Part shown: in pieces, positions 25,720-38,766 of the stretch | How positions within the stretch are numbered: the stretch's first letter is position 1 | Layout of the letters: each line of letters opens with the position of its first letter | Origin: the human T2T-CHM13v2.0 reference genome, Homo sapiens | Assembly: GCF_009914755.1 (NCBI RefSeq) | Contig: NC_060927.1 | DNA length: 64,000 bases | Strand: one strand, 5' to 3' | Notes under the pieces: model-generated | The model's database searches: none | The model's input: the letters and a program-made list of their open reading frames with translations, nothing else | Told to the model about the DNA's origin: nothing | Position numbers and translations under genes: made by a program

Positions 25720-26980
25720 TTTTTATTCATCAATAGTAGTAAACAATTTTTCTGTTTAATAACTTTTAAACAGCAATTTAAATCTTCTGTGCTTTGTACT
25801 GGGCATACAAATTTGTGCAAGATGGAGGTAGTTTATGTTCTCAGGAAACTTACAGTCTAGAAGAAACAATCAGTAACAGTAAATATTACAAAAAGTGTAT
25901 AAAATAATAGATGAAGTATCTAAGACACATGCTTAAACCTTGAGGTACAAATAAGTTGAGTGAGGCAATGAGGACTTATTAATGGAAAGTAGCATCAAAA
26001 TTAAATATACGTTTGAAAGATTAGAAGACAAATTACACAGAAGTAGATAGCAATTTCCTAGGCAGAGGAAATGGTGTATGCAGAAGCCTTAAGAGAGAAA
26101 TCATGGGAAATGCAAGTTATTGAAAGAAGTCTATCATGAAGGGAAAATCAATTTAGATAGTGGAAGAAGAGAGCATTAGGTCTGCTGCTACTTCCCCAGA
26201 AGTTTAAACTATTGTATCAAAAGAAAGAAGGTTCTCTGGAACTGCATAGTATTTGTTGTCGTCATTCATGTCTTGCTTGCCTGCTGCTCTTTCTCCTACA
26301 CGTCTTCACCACCAGTATGGCTCTCTCTGGCCTTCGTCAGGATTTCTAAACTTTTGTAGGAGCACCTAGCGGAAGTCCAAGGAAAATATCTTGCAAAAGG
26401 TTACTCACTCCCCTTGTATCAGGGGCTTCAGGATATTCTAGACTGACAAGCTATCCACATTTGATGTTTAGAAAATTGTTCAATTTCTTTTTACCCTCTT
26501 GTGTGTTGGCTTTGCTCATTGTCCCAGCTCTTCTTTGAGGGTTCTGTCATTTCCTAAAGTTCAGAATACTCAGTTGCCTTATGACCTCAGTTCTTTGGAT
26601 GACTCATAAAAGCTATAACTTGACATTTATCCAACTTTTTCTCACTCTTATGGGGGGACCGACATTTTTGAATGTCATTCATCTTAAAAGGATGAATATA
26701 TGATTTTAAGAATATTAGTCTCCTTTTGGTGTGGGAAGTAAACTGCAATTTGGAGTAAAGGAGAGAAGTTATTTGTGCCATGGTGCAAAACAGGTAAAAA
26801 ATTATTATAGTCTAGATCAGAGTATTACTACTAAAAGTGGGAACAATGTATATGAATTCAAGAGAGATTCAGATGGGAAAATTGGCAAGGGTCAATAATT
26901 AATTAGAGATTTGACAGAGAAAAATTCAAAGACAATTTTCAGGTTTCTGGCTTATAAATAAAGGAGAGTTTTGAGCCACT
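25720..26980 (-). mobile_element. L2, interrupted at about 26200-26690
   Basis: ctcaggaaacttacagtctag; ttcctaggcagaggaaatgg; tcaaagacaattttcaggtttctggctt. Confidence 0.65.
26290..26685 (-). mobile_element. Old L1M4-like 5'UTR fragment
   Basis: tgacctcagttctttggatgactcataaaag..tttatccaactttttctc resembles an antisense L1M 5' end. Confidence 0.5.
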
Positions 26981-27389
26981 GGATCTTTTTCTCATTTTAT
27001 CTTCTTGATTTTCTTTTTTTGCAATCTCAAGTTGTATTTTTTAATTAATATGTTGGAACCAAAGAATAATAACTTGTCAATTCAATCAAAAACATGTGTG
27101 CTTATGTTGCCAATGTAAGTGCTTTGTGAAAGTTCTTTTTTCTTTTTAATTATATGCATACTTATGTGCCAGACTCTTCTAGTCACATCTTTTGTTCACA
27201 TAAAAGGGCTCGATTTGTTCAGGGATTTTCTCTCATACTTTTCACTTTTCTGGGAGACATTAAATTTTGATTTCTTTATCTGACTTGAAAACTCAAATAG
27301 GAGCCTTGGCATGTGTTTGTAAAGCTCAATTTTTCCAGAAGTCAGCTTAGAAACAAACTGAAGTTTTACCTGGACAATTTGGTTTTATT

Positions 27390-27875
27390 TCAACAAAGAA
27401 ATCCAGAAGCAGACAGTATTTAAAGCAGTTACAATATATTGTATTCAGGACCTATTTCAATAGGGGGAAAATACCTCAGTATGGAACTAGGCTCAATTCT
27501 GAATACAGCGTGGACAAGTGAGGATTTATAACTAAGAAGCAGAGGAGGGGCCAGAAGATGGAAACATCAGAGATAAGGCGGGGATTGAGGAGTGGGGGTG
27601 GAATTCTTGCTAAACTGACCTAACAGAATTCCTGGCTGAAGGCAGGCCAGGTTAATCAGATATCACCTAAGGGGTGATGGGGACTGAAAAATTTGATCAG
27701 ATATTGAGGATGATCAGTTATAGGGGTGGGATTCTAACTAAACCAACTTGACAAGATTCTTGCTAAAACTGAGTGATGTACAGATGAACATGAAAGTCCA
27801 AAGGTTGAAGTCTAATTAAAAAGAGAACTCGGAGGAGCCTAACTAAAGTTTGGTAAAGGGAGAACATCTTGGTAA
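27390..27875 (-). mobile_element. MER31-family (ERV1) solo LTR
   Basis: Minus strand starts ..ccaaactttagttaggctcctccgagttctc; repeated gattcttgctaaactg units; ctcaattctgaatacagc. Confidence 0.85.
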
Positions 27876-30564
27876 TTGAAAGAATGACACACCTGACTTG
27901 TATTATAGACAGATGACTTATAAATTCTTCATAAAAAGTTGTTTTGTCCTTAGGAGTTTTATAGTACATAATTCAAAAGCAACACATATTAATCAAGTCT
28001 AGCATTAATTTCCATTGAAACTGAGTCGGAATAGTTCTACAAATTTGTGAGCTGGAAAGAATCAATTACTTATTCTGTCTCTCAGGATTAAAAACGATGC
28101 AGCATTTCAAATTATTCTTGACTTCGAGGTTTTCTGACATGGCAATGCTACTTTGCTTCCTCCCAAAGGATGGCGTGGAGCATATAGGCCATCTTGGCAG
28201 TACAGGGGTGTGTGGCTATCCATCACTGTGCAGTCTGTCAGCAAGGATCTTCAACCAGCTGGGAACATGTAGCCCTCACGCAGAGCAGGTTATCGCTGAT
28301 GGACAATGGTGAGCAGTGAGAGACAGGAAACCAATTTATTAAATTGGATCAGGAAATTTAAAATCTAAATACTATTCTCAATTAGCTGCTTATTATTCCT
28401 ATAAGACTTCCAAAGGAAATAAGAGCAGGGAAAATAAATATTTAATTAGTTTCACTAGAACTTAAATCCAGGCATCCTTCTGTCTTTCTAGACCCCATAT
28501 TGTCCTAGCATTGATATGAAGTCTGGATAAATTCTTTTTGCCATGCTTTACTCTGGTTCATCTTTGGCTTTTAGAGAGTGAGACAGGAGTGAAATGTCTC
28601 TAGAAGTGAGAGGGATCTTCTGGATTCTTTTTTAACACCAGACATCAAATTACAACAGTTCCGAAAGTCAGGATTGTGAAATTCTTAGTTACCAATAGAA
28701 AAATGAGATGTGTTAGAGTAGAATAAATCAGCTTGAAATCATAAAAATTTGTCTTTTAAAATGTATATATAGTGAGGAGTTTTTGAGTAAATGATTAAAA
28801 ACTAATAAATTAGTATTAGAATACTTGACAAATAAAACAAGGATAAGATGACATTTATATTTCTTAGAAATTTAGCTTTTATTTTCTCTGCATTTTATGG
28901 TGTACTCACATAAAATGAGAATCGAACTAATTAAAGACTAAATGAGAATTCACTATATGAAACTTCAAAATGTTAAAACAGAAACAAAAAGCCTAAAGGT
29001 GTAAAAAATACATTTCTTTTTTTTTATTTTTTTTTACTTTTATGGATTTTTAATCTCACTCAGCTGTCACTCATTCTCATTATTTTGGGCACATTCTTCA
29101 AGCCATCTAAATTGTTCCCACAGTGGCAGCCAAACCAAATAAACAGTCAAACACTGAAGAGTGTGTGATTTCACCAGAGACCTTAAACAATAGAGTGGCC
29201 CAGAAGTTTTCTATTAAATGAAAAGAGGTAGGAAACCTCAATGGCAGCTTTAAACATAGAAGGCAAACATTCAATGTGTCCCATTAAAACCAAAAAATCC
29301 TAATAACCCCAAATAAAAAAAAATAACAGTGAAAATCTTCTTGCTATGCACTAGATAAGAATTATATTTTAACATGCAGAAAGTTGTACTTTGAAATGCA
29401 ATGTAGCTCATTTCATATATGTTTAAAAGAGAGTGAAATCCTTAGCAAAAGAATAAATATATTTTATTTAACCTTTTAAAAATTATGAAACATATGTGCT
29501 TAACTGGAATTTTATTTTTTCTAGGTTTTTGCTTTATAACGTGAAGTATCACAAATCATTTCACAAAGAAAAATACCTACATAATGAACGCTTATACAAG
29601 TTATTTAAAAAAAAATTAAGAATCATACTTTCCGTATCTCCGAACATATACATTGCCATGTTCGCCTACCTCCAAGAGCCAAGTTAAATCCAAACCTAAA
29701 TATTTGAAAGTCTTTATTTCTGATACAGAAAAATAAAAAGTATATACATTGTGTAGGTGAAAATTAAAATGACTTAAAATTTATGCTCTTGTCCAAAGAC
29801 CAAACTTGTAGACTCTACCACTATGGTCTATTCATTTGAAGTAGGAAAAAACTTAAGTTTTATTGCTGGGTGAAATGATTTAAAACTAATACACATGTAG
29901 ATTAAGAGTTTGTTGTAAATAAATGTAATACTCTTTCATTTTTATTTAAATATTGTAGCTAAATAATTTCTTTCTCAGCTTTCTTTACATTAGAAACAAA
30001 TTAATCAGTATTTGCAAATCTATTCAGTATGTGTCCATTTGTTTATTTTTCCTAAAATTTTTCCCTCAATTATCTCCCATAAATACATGAACATGAGAAA
30101 ATAACAAGTAAAAATTTCAATAACGCTTCACACTTAAACACAAATTACTCTTGTTGAAAAACAATGCCATGAGGAAGCTCAACTTATGTTTAAGCTCAAT
30201 GTTAAAATTCTAGCCACATGTTAAAATTTTCTAAATTTCAAATACAAAATGTTGGCTTTTGCTCTGAATTTAATTAGTTTTATTTGAAAAAGTTTTAGGA
30301 AGCAAAATAACAGTAGGCTAATTTTATATATTTTAGCAAATAATGAAATGTTTCAAAAGCAGTGAATAATTAATATTTTGAATTTTCTTTATAATATGAA
30401 AGTTAATCCACACCTTCTTTCTATGTATTTAGTACTGACCTTTGATTTCATTACATCAAGCCATATTGCACTTTTGTAAACATTACATTTATTCTACGAT
30501 TCTCATTTGAATTTCAGGTACAAGAGAAAAATAATTAAATAATTTAAATATCTATATATATATA

Positions 30565-31690
30565 TTTTTAATTACAAAAGTAATACAAGCTCATTGTAGA
30601 TGGAATAGCAATACTGATGACTAAGATCAAGAAAAAATGATTTGCGATTCACCACTCATATTCTTAACATGTTATTTTGTGTTTTCTTATTTATTAGTAA
30701 ATATTTGTACATCTAAAAATAGATTGTATGTTTATGTAAAGGTTCTAAAAATAAACAAATATGTAATAATATAAAAGCATGAAAAAAATAGATTGTATGT
30801 TTCTGTGTCATGTCAGGGGTCACCAAGAGTACCCCCAGCTTTGGGTACTCATGAGAATGAGTCAACAGGTGATATACTTAAGACTATGATTTCTTACAGA
30901 AAAGGATACAAAGAAAAATCAGCAATGGAAAAAAGTACATGAGGCAGAGCCTGGGAAAACCATGTGCAAGCTTCCAAGGGTTCTCTCCTTAGCAGAGTTA
31001 CACAGGATTCAGGACAACCTTAATTCCATGAGCAATGAGTTTTGACAGCGCGTGTGAAATGTTGTCAACCAGGGAAGTTCTTAAGAAACTAAGTGCCCAG
31101 GATTTTTATTGGTAGTTGAACATGCAGGCACCCTGCCTGGTGCATACCTGAATTCCAGACTTCCAGAAGACGGATATTCACTATAAACCATATTTTTTGC
31201 ACAGTTTACACAAATGAGCCATTCATATCTGTCTTGGTGGGAACCCTCCCGAAATCTACATTCCCAGATGTCAGCCAAGAGTCAATTTTGTAAACACATC
31301 TTTCAAAGAATAGCAGTAAGGTCTGCTGTGTTAACTCTTTTCTGCACATTTTTATATTATGTCATTGATTGTTTATTTAATTTTTAATATCTGAACATCT
31401 TTCAATGTCAATAAATATTATATTTAATGACTGCACTGATTTGAATTTTGTGCATATACCATTGTTTAGCTAATAATTTACTGGTGGATTTTCCGATGTG
31501 GGTTTGTATTTTCACTGTAATAAACAAAAAGGCAATGAACATTATAACTCTTTCCTTGGGACAAATTCCCAAAGTAAGATTGCACATTGTAAAGGGTTTT
31601 GATTAATACTACTCAGCAGCCCAAATTGTCCTCCAGGACTCAGAATTTCTCACTATTGAAGAAGGATACACATGGTACCACTTTCTTCTA
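30565..31690 (-). mobile_element. L1ME4-like 3' remnant split by MER68
   Basis: ttttaattacaaaagtaatacaagctcattgtag; tgaacatctttcaatgtcaataaata; aaattcccaaagtaagattgc. Confidence 0.6.
30804..31348 (-). mobile_element. MER68/MER21-group solo LTR
   Basis: Minus strand begins tgtgcagaaaagagttaacacagcagacc; ggtgggaaccctcccgaaatc..ttcccagatgtcagccaag. Confidence 0.87.
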
Positions 31691-34056
31691 TATTAGTACA
31701 GATGATGTTTCTTTTTAACCTTCAGTAACAAGTTTTTAGGGGCTTATTTAAACAAAATCTTATACGCTAATGGATGTTTATAAGATCTTTTAAACCTTGC
31801 GTTTTAAGTATTCTAAGATTTGCTTTGTTTTTAAGGTTAAAGAGTTGAGTTTTTAAAATAACAATTACATTATTTAAATACATTTGATGGAAAAGTAAAA
31901 CATATTTCCAATTACATTATATATGAAAATGTAAGATATAATTTATTATTTGTGAAATTTGTGTTTTTTTTCTCATGAATTAAGCCCGCTTTCTCCCTAA
32001 TTACTCTGTTATTGGGAGCTTTTCTTTTGATGCCATTAAATACTTTGGAGGGTTAATTCTTTTGGGGAAAAATGCCTACAATATAATCTCGAATATTTCA
32101 AGTATTTGTGTTGATATAAGCTGTTTGTATGCAAGTTTATAACTGGCTGTGATAAATCTCTCTCAATCCCACTATTAGCCTGAAAAAGCAATCAAATTCT
32201 CTATCAAAGTATATTTTCATTTTAAATTCAATAGTCAAGTTTGTTTACTTTAAATTTAAACGGTTGATTAAGCAAGTTGAGAAGTAGAATAGTCCCAATA
32301 AAAGGCACAAGGTTGCCCTTTATTTAGAAATTATTAAAAATATTTGAAAATATTGTCATTATTTACCTAAGAGAGAAAAGAAAGCGAATGACAGATATAA
32401 TGATAAGGGCTACACAATAGCTATGATTATAATGGAAATCAATGAGGTCTAATTTATTCTGCATCATATTATAAGAACAGGGGGTATTCTGAACTGGAAA
32501 GGTAATAAATTAGAAGTAGATATTAACCTTGTTTTTAAAATACAGAGAGTGAGCTAGCCAAATAGTGATTAGAAAAAAAACAATAAATACTTAAACATTA
32601 GTAAATATTTAATACTAAAAATCCTTGAAACACTGAAAGAAATTTCTTTTCAGTTAATCCTTTGCACATAATCCAATAGAAGGTATAATAAAGAATGTTT
32701 GCTTGGCATTTAGAAGGCCACTCTAAGTTGGTAGTCTAAATGAAGACTTCTATATTTGGAGGAAATTATTCTAAATTAATTCAAGAAAGAGTTCACAGGG
32801 TGTGCTTTTTGACAGTCATGAAAGAATTCTATTGCACCTGCTTAGGAACGTTTTCCCCTTGTATAAAGTTGTCTGCTATTTTGCTTAGTTTGTGGTAAGT
32901 AATTTGCATAAATCCATAATGTAGCTGTTAGATTCTTTTCTCTTGTAGCATTATAATGCTAATAAAGCAGTGAAAAAAAGAATTTAAAAAATCTTTTTAG
33001 GCCCAACGCCACTACACTTGACGTTTACATACTCTGTGATAAATATAGCATTAGACTTTTTATGGTAATGCCTTCATGATCTTCACTTCTGGGCATTAGT
33101 GCCATGCAGTACTTGCAGAGGACCATAATATGGAAGTTAGAGAGATGTTTTGTAGTGTGTAAGGTATTCTCCTTTTATTTAAATGGGTGGGAGCGGATTG
33201 TGGGTAAATAGTTAAATTAATGTTTAGAAGCTTATAGGCATCATTAGCCAGTCATTTCCTCAGCATTTTTCATTTAAAAGTCCTCTATTAAAATGTTTAA
33301 GTGAAACTGAGATATAGAAATATTAACATAAAAATATACAAACTTATGAGCCCTTTAAATTGTTTATAATTTCCAACCTAGAAAAACACATCTTAAATTA
33401 TTCACCCCCAAGATTTAAATCTATGAGTTTTTTTTTGACTGCTTATGATATTGAAAAAAAAAAAACAGTATTTACCACAAACAGGTTTGACTTTCACAAA
33501 TGTAAAATTTGCTCATATTCAAAACTTCAGTAAGAAGCAAATACAGGATAAATACAAAACAAATACAAACATACAAGCTGATAAAATATAAATTTTATTA
33601 TACTTATTTAATCTTGTCTTAATAAGGCACCTTTAAGTTGTCAGGCTTAGAATAAGCAGTCATATTATATTTAAACAGATTCCAGAGCATCTAATCAGAA
33701 ATTATTTTCTTTTTACATTTATTTTTTCCTTTTAAAATATAATTTTACCTACAATAGGACTACAAGCTGTATCTATGAGTATAAGTTAGATTGATGTAAG
33801 GAGGAAGCTAAGTTCTTAATGAATTTTATAACATGTCAGGAAAAACATGAGGCAGTGCAATTCAGAAGTGATTCTTAAGAGAGCATCTAAAAAGCCACTT
33901 TCCTTTCAACTGATGAAGGAAGATTTTAGTATACTGTAAAAAGAATAAAAAAGAAGATTTCAGAGGAGAAAAATATATTATACAGAGATAAATCTATAAA
34001 CAAAAGCAAGTATGCAATGAGAGAAGTGAGTCCCTGAGCAATATGGCACATCAAAT

Positions 34057-34506
34057 TGTCAAAGAACAAAATTTCAACAAATCGAGTTTTAAAGATCTAA
34101 TTGGCTTTCTTAGCAACTTATAAACTGGGCAGCATCCAATGTACACAATAGAAAGAAGCTCTATTAGTTTTTGTAAGGTAGCTTGAGTAAGAACAAGGAA
34201 ATGTCATAGCACAAAAAGCAGATGGCTAACATCAGGTTACTTCAGGTTACTTTCTTTGTAAGGGTTAAAACAGAGGGGACTTACTTATCAGGCTGGCTCA
34301 AGTTGACTGGACCTCTTGCTTGGTAGCTACAACCCTTTTATTCTTTTGAAAACTAGCCTTTTTGGTGATTTTCTTGGTTTCTTTTTTTAAGTTTCAGTTC
34401 GGTAATGTGGCATTTAACATGAGTGACATTATTTTGGTTTGGTCTGTTGGGGACTAGTACAGGAGCTCAGTCTAAAACAATGGCCTCTCATACATTTAAT
34501 TTAACA
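34057..34506 (-). mobile_element. MER67-family (MER67C-like) solo LTR with 4-bp TSD AAAT
   Basis: Minus strand tgttaaattaaatgtatgagaggccattgttttagactgagctcctgtactagtccccaacagacc; TG..CA ends. Confidence 0.87.
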
Positions 34507-34648
34507 AAATTAAGGGCTTACAATTGTAAATAACATACAAAGTTATCAATCCAGTCTGGACTGGAAGAGAAGAGGATTCTGAGATTCTTTCTGTTTTTTC
34601 TTTTTTTTTTTTTGACTTTGGTTCTATAACCCTTTCACATATTAATAT

Positions 34649-34649
<1 letters not shown>

Positions 34650-34682
<33 letters not shown>
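34650..34682. repeat. (CA)n microsatellite
   Basis: About 16 CA units. Confidence 0.97.
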
Positions 34683-34685
<3 letters not shown>

Positions 34686-34859
34686 CCAAAAATAAATTTT
34701 AAAAGCCCCAACTCTTCTTAAACAAAAACAACAATTCAAAACATCTATATGTATACATACAGAAGGATTGATAGGATAACTGGATACACATCCAGATAAA
34801 CATGTAATTGTGCTGTTTGCTATTTTTTGTTTTACTATATCTTTAGTAAATTATTAGGT

Positions 34860-35110
34860 ATTTAATTTTGAGGTAACTATATATAAAAGAATTATTCACA
34901 GGTCTTAGACATAAAATTCTATGTGTTTTGAAAAAAATATACATCCTTATAATCAACAGCCTAATTAAGATATAGAATATTTCCTTCAAATCAGAAGCTT
35001 GCCTCACATCTTTTTTAGGTCAATACACCCCCTTCATGAGCAACCTACCACTCTTTTGAATTATATTAATATAAGTTAGTTTTTCTTGTTCTGAAATCTT
35101 ACTATTTTTG
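34860..35110 (-). mobile_element. L1ME1/2-like 3' end
   Basis: ttttgaggtaac..aattaagatatagaatatttcc..ttagtttttcttgttctgaa. Confidence 0.65.
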
Positions 35111-35551
35111 TGTGTTTGTTTAAATCAAAGATTAAGTGGCACTTTTATCAGACATTGAATCCATATATGCAAATCTTTGTTTGTTTGTTTGTTTGTTTTG
35201 GTCTCTTTCTTTTAATGATTCCATTTTCTTTCTGCTTTTGTTTGTGCTAGTACCTTTGAGCTGAGATTTCATATCTGGTAGAACTATTCCACTCTTCACT
35301 TTTCTTTTTTTATTTTTTCTCCTAGTTATTCTTTTTGATGTTCACTCTAAAATTAGTATCTATCACTTAAAAACAAAAAAATCAAAGAAATTTTTTTGTA
35401 AAATTATACATAAAGATCAAATTTTAGGATATATTTGCTATTGAATCAAGACCAGGATATATTTCTCCATAGATCTTGATATTTTTTAAGTAATATTTTA
35501 ATATGCTTTTCTCAGTCTTTCATATTTGTGTTAATGTATTATTTTTGGTGG

Positions 35552-35613
35552 ACTTTTTATTCCATTTAAGGCCTGTTTTTTAACTTTTTATTCCATTTAA
35601 GGCCTGTTTTTTA
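35552..35613. repeat. Perfect 31-bp tandem duplication
   Basis: ACTTTTTATTCCATTTAAGGCCTGTTTTTTA x2. Confidence 0.93.
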
Positions 35614-36249
35614 ATCAATTTTTTTTAATAGTTCAAGAGAATAAAGACAGTTTAGGACCCATCCAAGGCAACCACACACTCTTCCCTGACTCTCCTTTTA
35701 CTATGATTCCATTTCTTATTTAACTAAAAACAACTCTTTAATGATTGAGGCATCTTCTGTGGACTTGCAAACAAATAAGGCCTGGAGAATAGAAAGATGA
35801 TTCTGAAATATTCCAGGCCCTAAAAGAGAGAAATAGACAACATTTATTTACTTCTGGGGTTCAGGCTGAAAGCAGTTAAGTCTTGAGACAATGATAAGAA
35901 TACAGGTATTCTTAAAGAAAGCTTGTATTGTGAAAATTAGGACAATAAGGAAAAGTGGCACTGGATCATGGATAACTCGGGAAAGGATCTCTTTATATCT
36001 TTATCAGGTGCCAGGGAACAAACTGATGTTTTTCTGGAACTTTGACTGAAGCCTGGAAGCTTGCCTGACTGTCCACCACACACTTACCAGGACAGACTGC
36101 TATACGGTACAAATAACAAAGCCACCATGTAACCCATCACAACTCTTGGTCCTGTACCCCTAAATAAAACAGAGGAATAAGTAAGCAATAGAAAAAATAT
36201 AGTACTAGCCTACTAAACTGTAGGATTTTAGCAGAAGGTGGCAGGGAGA

Positions 36250-37100
36250 GAATGAATCAATGAATGAATGAAACGTAATTATTAGAATACCCTAAACAGG
36301 TGGAATTCAATGAAATAACATTGCTGACAGCAACTAATAAGAACATGAAGAAAATAAATAAGTATATACAGAGACTTGATTATAGTATAAATGTTATTTT
36401 CTGTAATGCAAAATTTGTTTTTTAAATGTAAAAATCCTATAGATAAAATGCAGTGTATATTTACTATTGAGATTTGAATTGTGGCCTGGAGGAGGATCCT
36501 GGAAGAAGTGGACACAGTACTGAAAACACAGAGTAAAAATCCTATTATGGAAATCATGAGGGAAGAGATGAGAGAATCAGAAGATCCAGAAAAATTAATT
36601 TGGAAATAACTGGCTACTAGAAGGAAAAATATAGGAATAATTGGGTTTGAGACTATAGCTAAAATATAATAAAACAAAAAATAACAAATAGACTGGAGAA
36701 AATTTTACAATGTACTGCACATTTTCAATCTGCCTCTATTGATTAGAAAGGCTATACAAAACCATATTCTGAAATAATATCAGCCTATAGGAATAGAGAT
36801 TATCCTAGTTTCTGGAAGAAAAGAAAGAAAAATAAAAGTAACAAATAAATTAGGGTGGTCTTGGAGTTTTCTTTTGTATTACATTTGAGCAATTGAGATA
36901 AAACAACAATCAAATACCAACCAAGATGACATTTAGCTGTTGGGGCTAAAGGTAAATATTTGTGGATATACAAGGATTCAGAGAATGTATCACATATGAG
37001 GAAAACTGTTAAAGCATCTACAGGCAAAAATGAGTTAGAACACAGGTCTCAATGTAATCAATATAGAGATACGTAAATGAGTGGAAGAAATAAATCATGA
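36250..37100 (+). mobile_element. HAL1 or ancient L1 ORF1-like remnant
   Basis: A-rich sense strand; gatgagagaatcagaagatcc; gattagaaaggc; attagggtggtcttggagttttc (IRLxxDFS-like); gatatacaaggattcagagaat. Confidence 0.45.
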
Positions 37101-37470
37101 GTTCTTGTAAATTTATATATGTAAAATATGAAATTTGGAATGGAGATATTAAGCAAAATTATCATAAAGTTATTTTATCTATTATAGTTAGAATGAAGCC
37201 TTGAAGAAATGGAGCATCTTGGTGTGTGACACTTAGTATGTTATTTTCATGTACTATTAGAGAAGTAAATATTTTGAGTCTCATCAAGAAGGAAGTAAGT
37301 TAAACTGATTGTAACTGTGTGGATTTTTGCATTGTTTGAGAGCACTGCATCCAACAGGCCATCTGTTATACCTTACATATCACGGATATGTATTTTATTA
37401 CAATTTTTAAAAAGATGTAATTAAAGTTATTATTCTAACAAAATATAGTATGATAATTTTCTGATTGACT

Positions 37471-37606
37471 TAATTTTTTAAAATTTTTAATTTTTGTGAG
37501 TACATAGTAAGTGTATATATTTATGGGTTACAAGAGATGTGTTGATACAAGAATGCAATGTGTAATAATCACATCATGAATTTGGGGGTGTCCCTCCCCT
37601 GAAGCA

Positions 37607-37644
<38 letters not shown>

Positions 37645-38022
37645 AAACAATCCTATTATACTCTTTTAGTTATTATAAAATGTACAATAAAATTATTATT
37701 GACTATGCTCACCCTTCTGTGCTATCAAATACTAGACCTTATTTATTCATTTTAACTAGTTTTTGTGCCCATTAACCATCTCTACCTCCCCAACAGTCCC
37801 CACCTCCCTTCCTGGCCTCTGGTGATTATCTTTCTATTCTGTCTCCATAGTTAAATTGTTTTGATTTTTAGATCACACAAAAAAGTGAGAAAATGCAATG
37901 TTTGTCTTTTTGTGCCTGACTTACTTTCCTTAACATAATGATCTCTAGTTCCATCCATGTTGCTACAAATGGCTAAATCTCATTCTTTTTAATGGCTGAG
38001 TAGTACTCCATTGTATATATTA
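37471..38022 (-). mobile_element. L1MA2/MA3 3' end with internal (TG)n at about 37609-37640
   Basis: tttttgtgagtacatagtaagtgtatatatttatggg..aatgtgtaataatcacatcatg..tgtgctatcaaatactag. Confidence 0.9.
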
Positions 38023-38055
38023 AACAGGATCATTTTTCTATTAACAGAATGTGGC

Positions 38056-38177
38056 AGTTGGGAATTGTGGCTCATGTCTATAATCCTAGCACTTTGTGAG
38101 GCTGAGGCAAGACTATCCGTTGAACCAAAGAGTTTGAGAACAGCCTGGGTAACAGAATGGGACTGCCTATCCATAAC

Positions 38178-38225
<48 letters not shown>

Positions 38226-38410
38226 TTAGCCAGGCACGGTGGTACATGCCTATAGTCCCAACTACTTGGTGGCTGAGGAGGGAGGATCGTTTGAGCCTGG
38301 CAGGTTGAGGCTGCAGTGACCTGTACTCTTGCTACCACACTCCAGCCTGGGTGACAGAGTGAGACCCTGCTTCAGAAAAACAAACAAATAAAAGCCAAAA
38401 TCCAAAAAAG
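38056..38410 (+). mobile_element. AluJ with an expanded (AAT)n middle linker at about 38177-38220
   Basis: gtggctcatgtctataatcctagcacttt..ggaggatcgtttgagcctggcaggttgaggctgcagtga..gagtgagaccctg. Confidence 0.9.
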
Positions 38411-38427
38411 TGACCAAATGGGCTAGT

Positions 38428-38757
38428 CACTATAGACTAGTTGGTTTATGAACAGTAGGAATTTATTTCTCATAGTTCTGGAGGCTAGGAAGCCCACGAT
38501 CAATGTGCCAGCAAATTTGGTGTCTGGTGAAGACTCTCTTCTTGGTTTTTAGGTTGCTGTCTTCTTGCTTTATCATCTCAAGATAAATACACAAGAGAGC
38601 TCTCTGGGATCTCTTGCTAAGAGCAAATCCCATTCATGAAACTTATGACCTTATGAATTATTACTTCCCAAAGGCCCTACCTCCCAATACCATCATATTG
38701 GGGGTTAGGATTTTAACGTATGAGTTTAGGGGAGATACACACTTTCAGTCAATAGCA
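38428..38757 (-). mobile_element. MLT1A-like LTR
   Basis: aatttatttctcatagttctggaggctaggaag..cccaaaggccctacctcccaataccatcatattggggg..ttcagtcaatagca. Confidence 0.9.
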
Positions 38758-38766
38758 TTCTGGTCC

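Noticed and set aside
30827-30850. 8-bp hairpin GAGTACCC/GGGTACTC in MER68
   Set aside because: Too short to distinguish from chance.
36282-36677. 131-aa hydrophobic ORF resembling a membrane protein
   Set aside because: Antisense reading of an A-rich HAL1/L1 ORF1-like remnant; T-rich codons give F/L/I by composition.
38011-38338. ORFs with poly-I and poly-L resembling signal or TM segments
   Set aside because: Translation of the (AAT)n tract in the AluJ linker.
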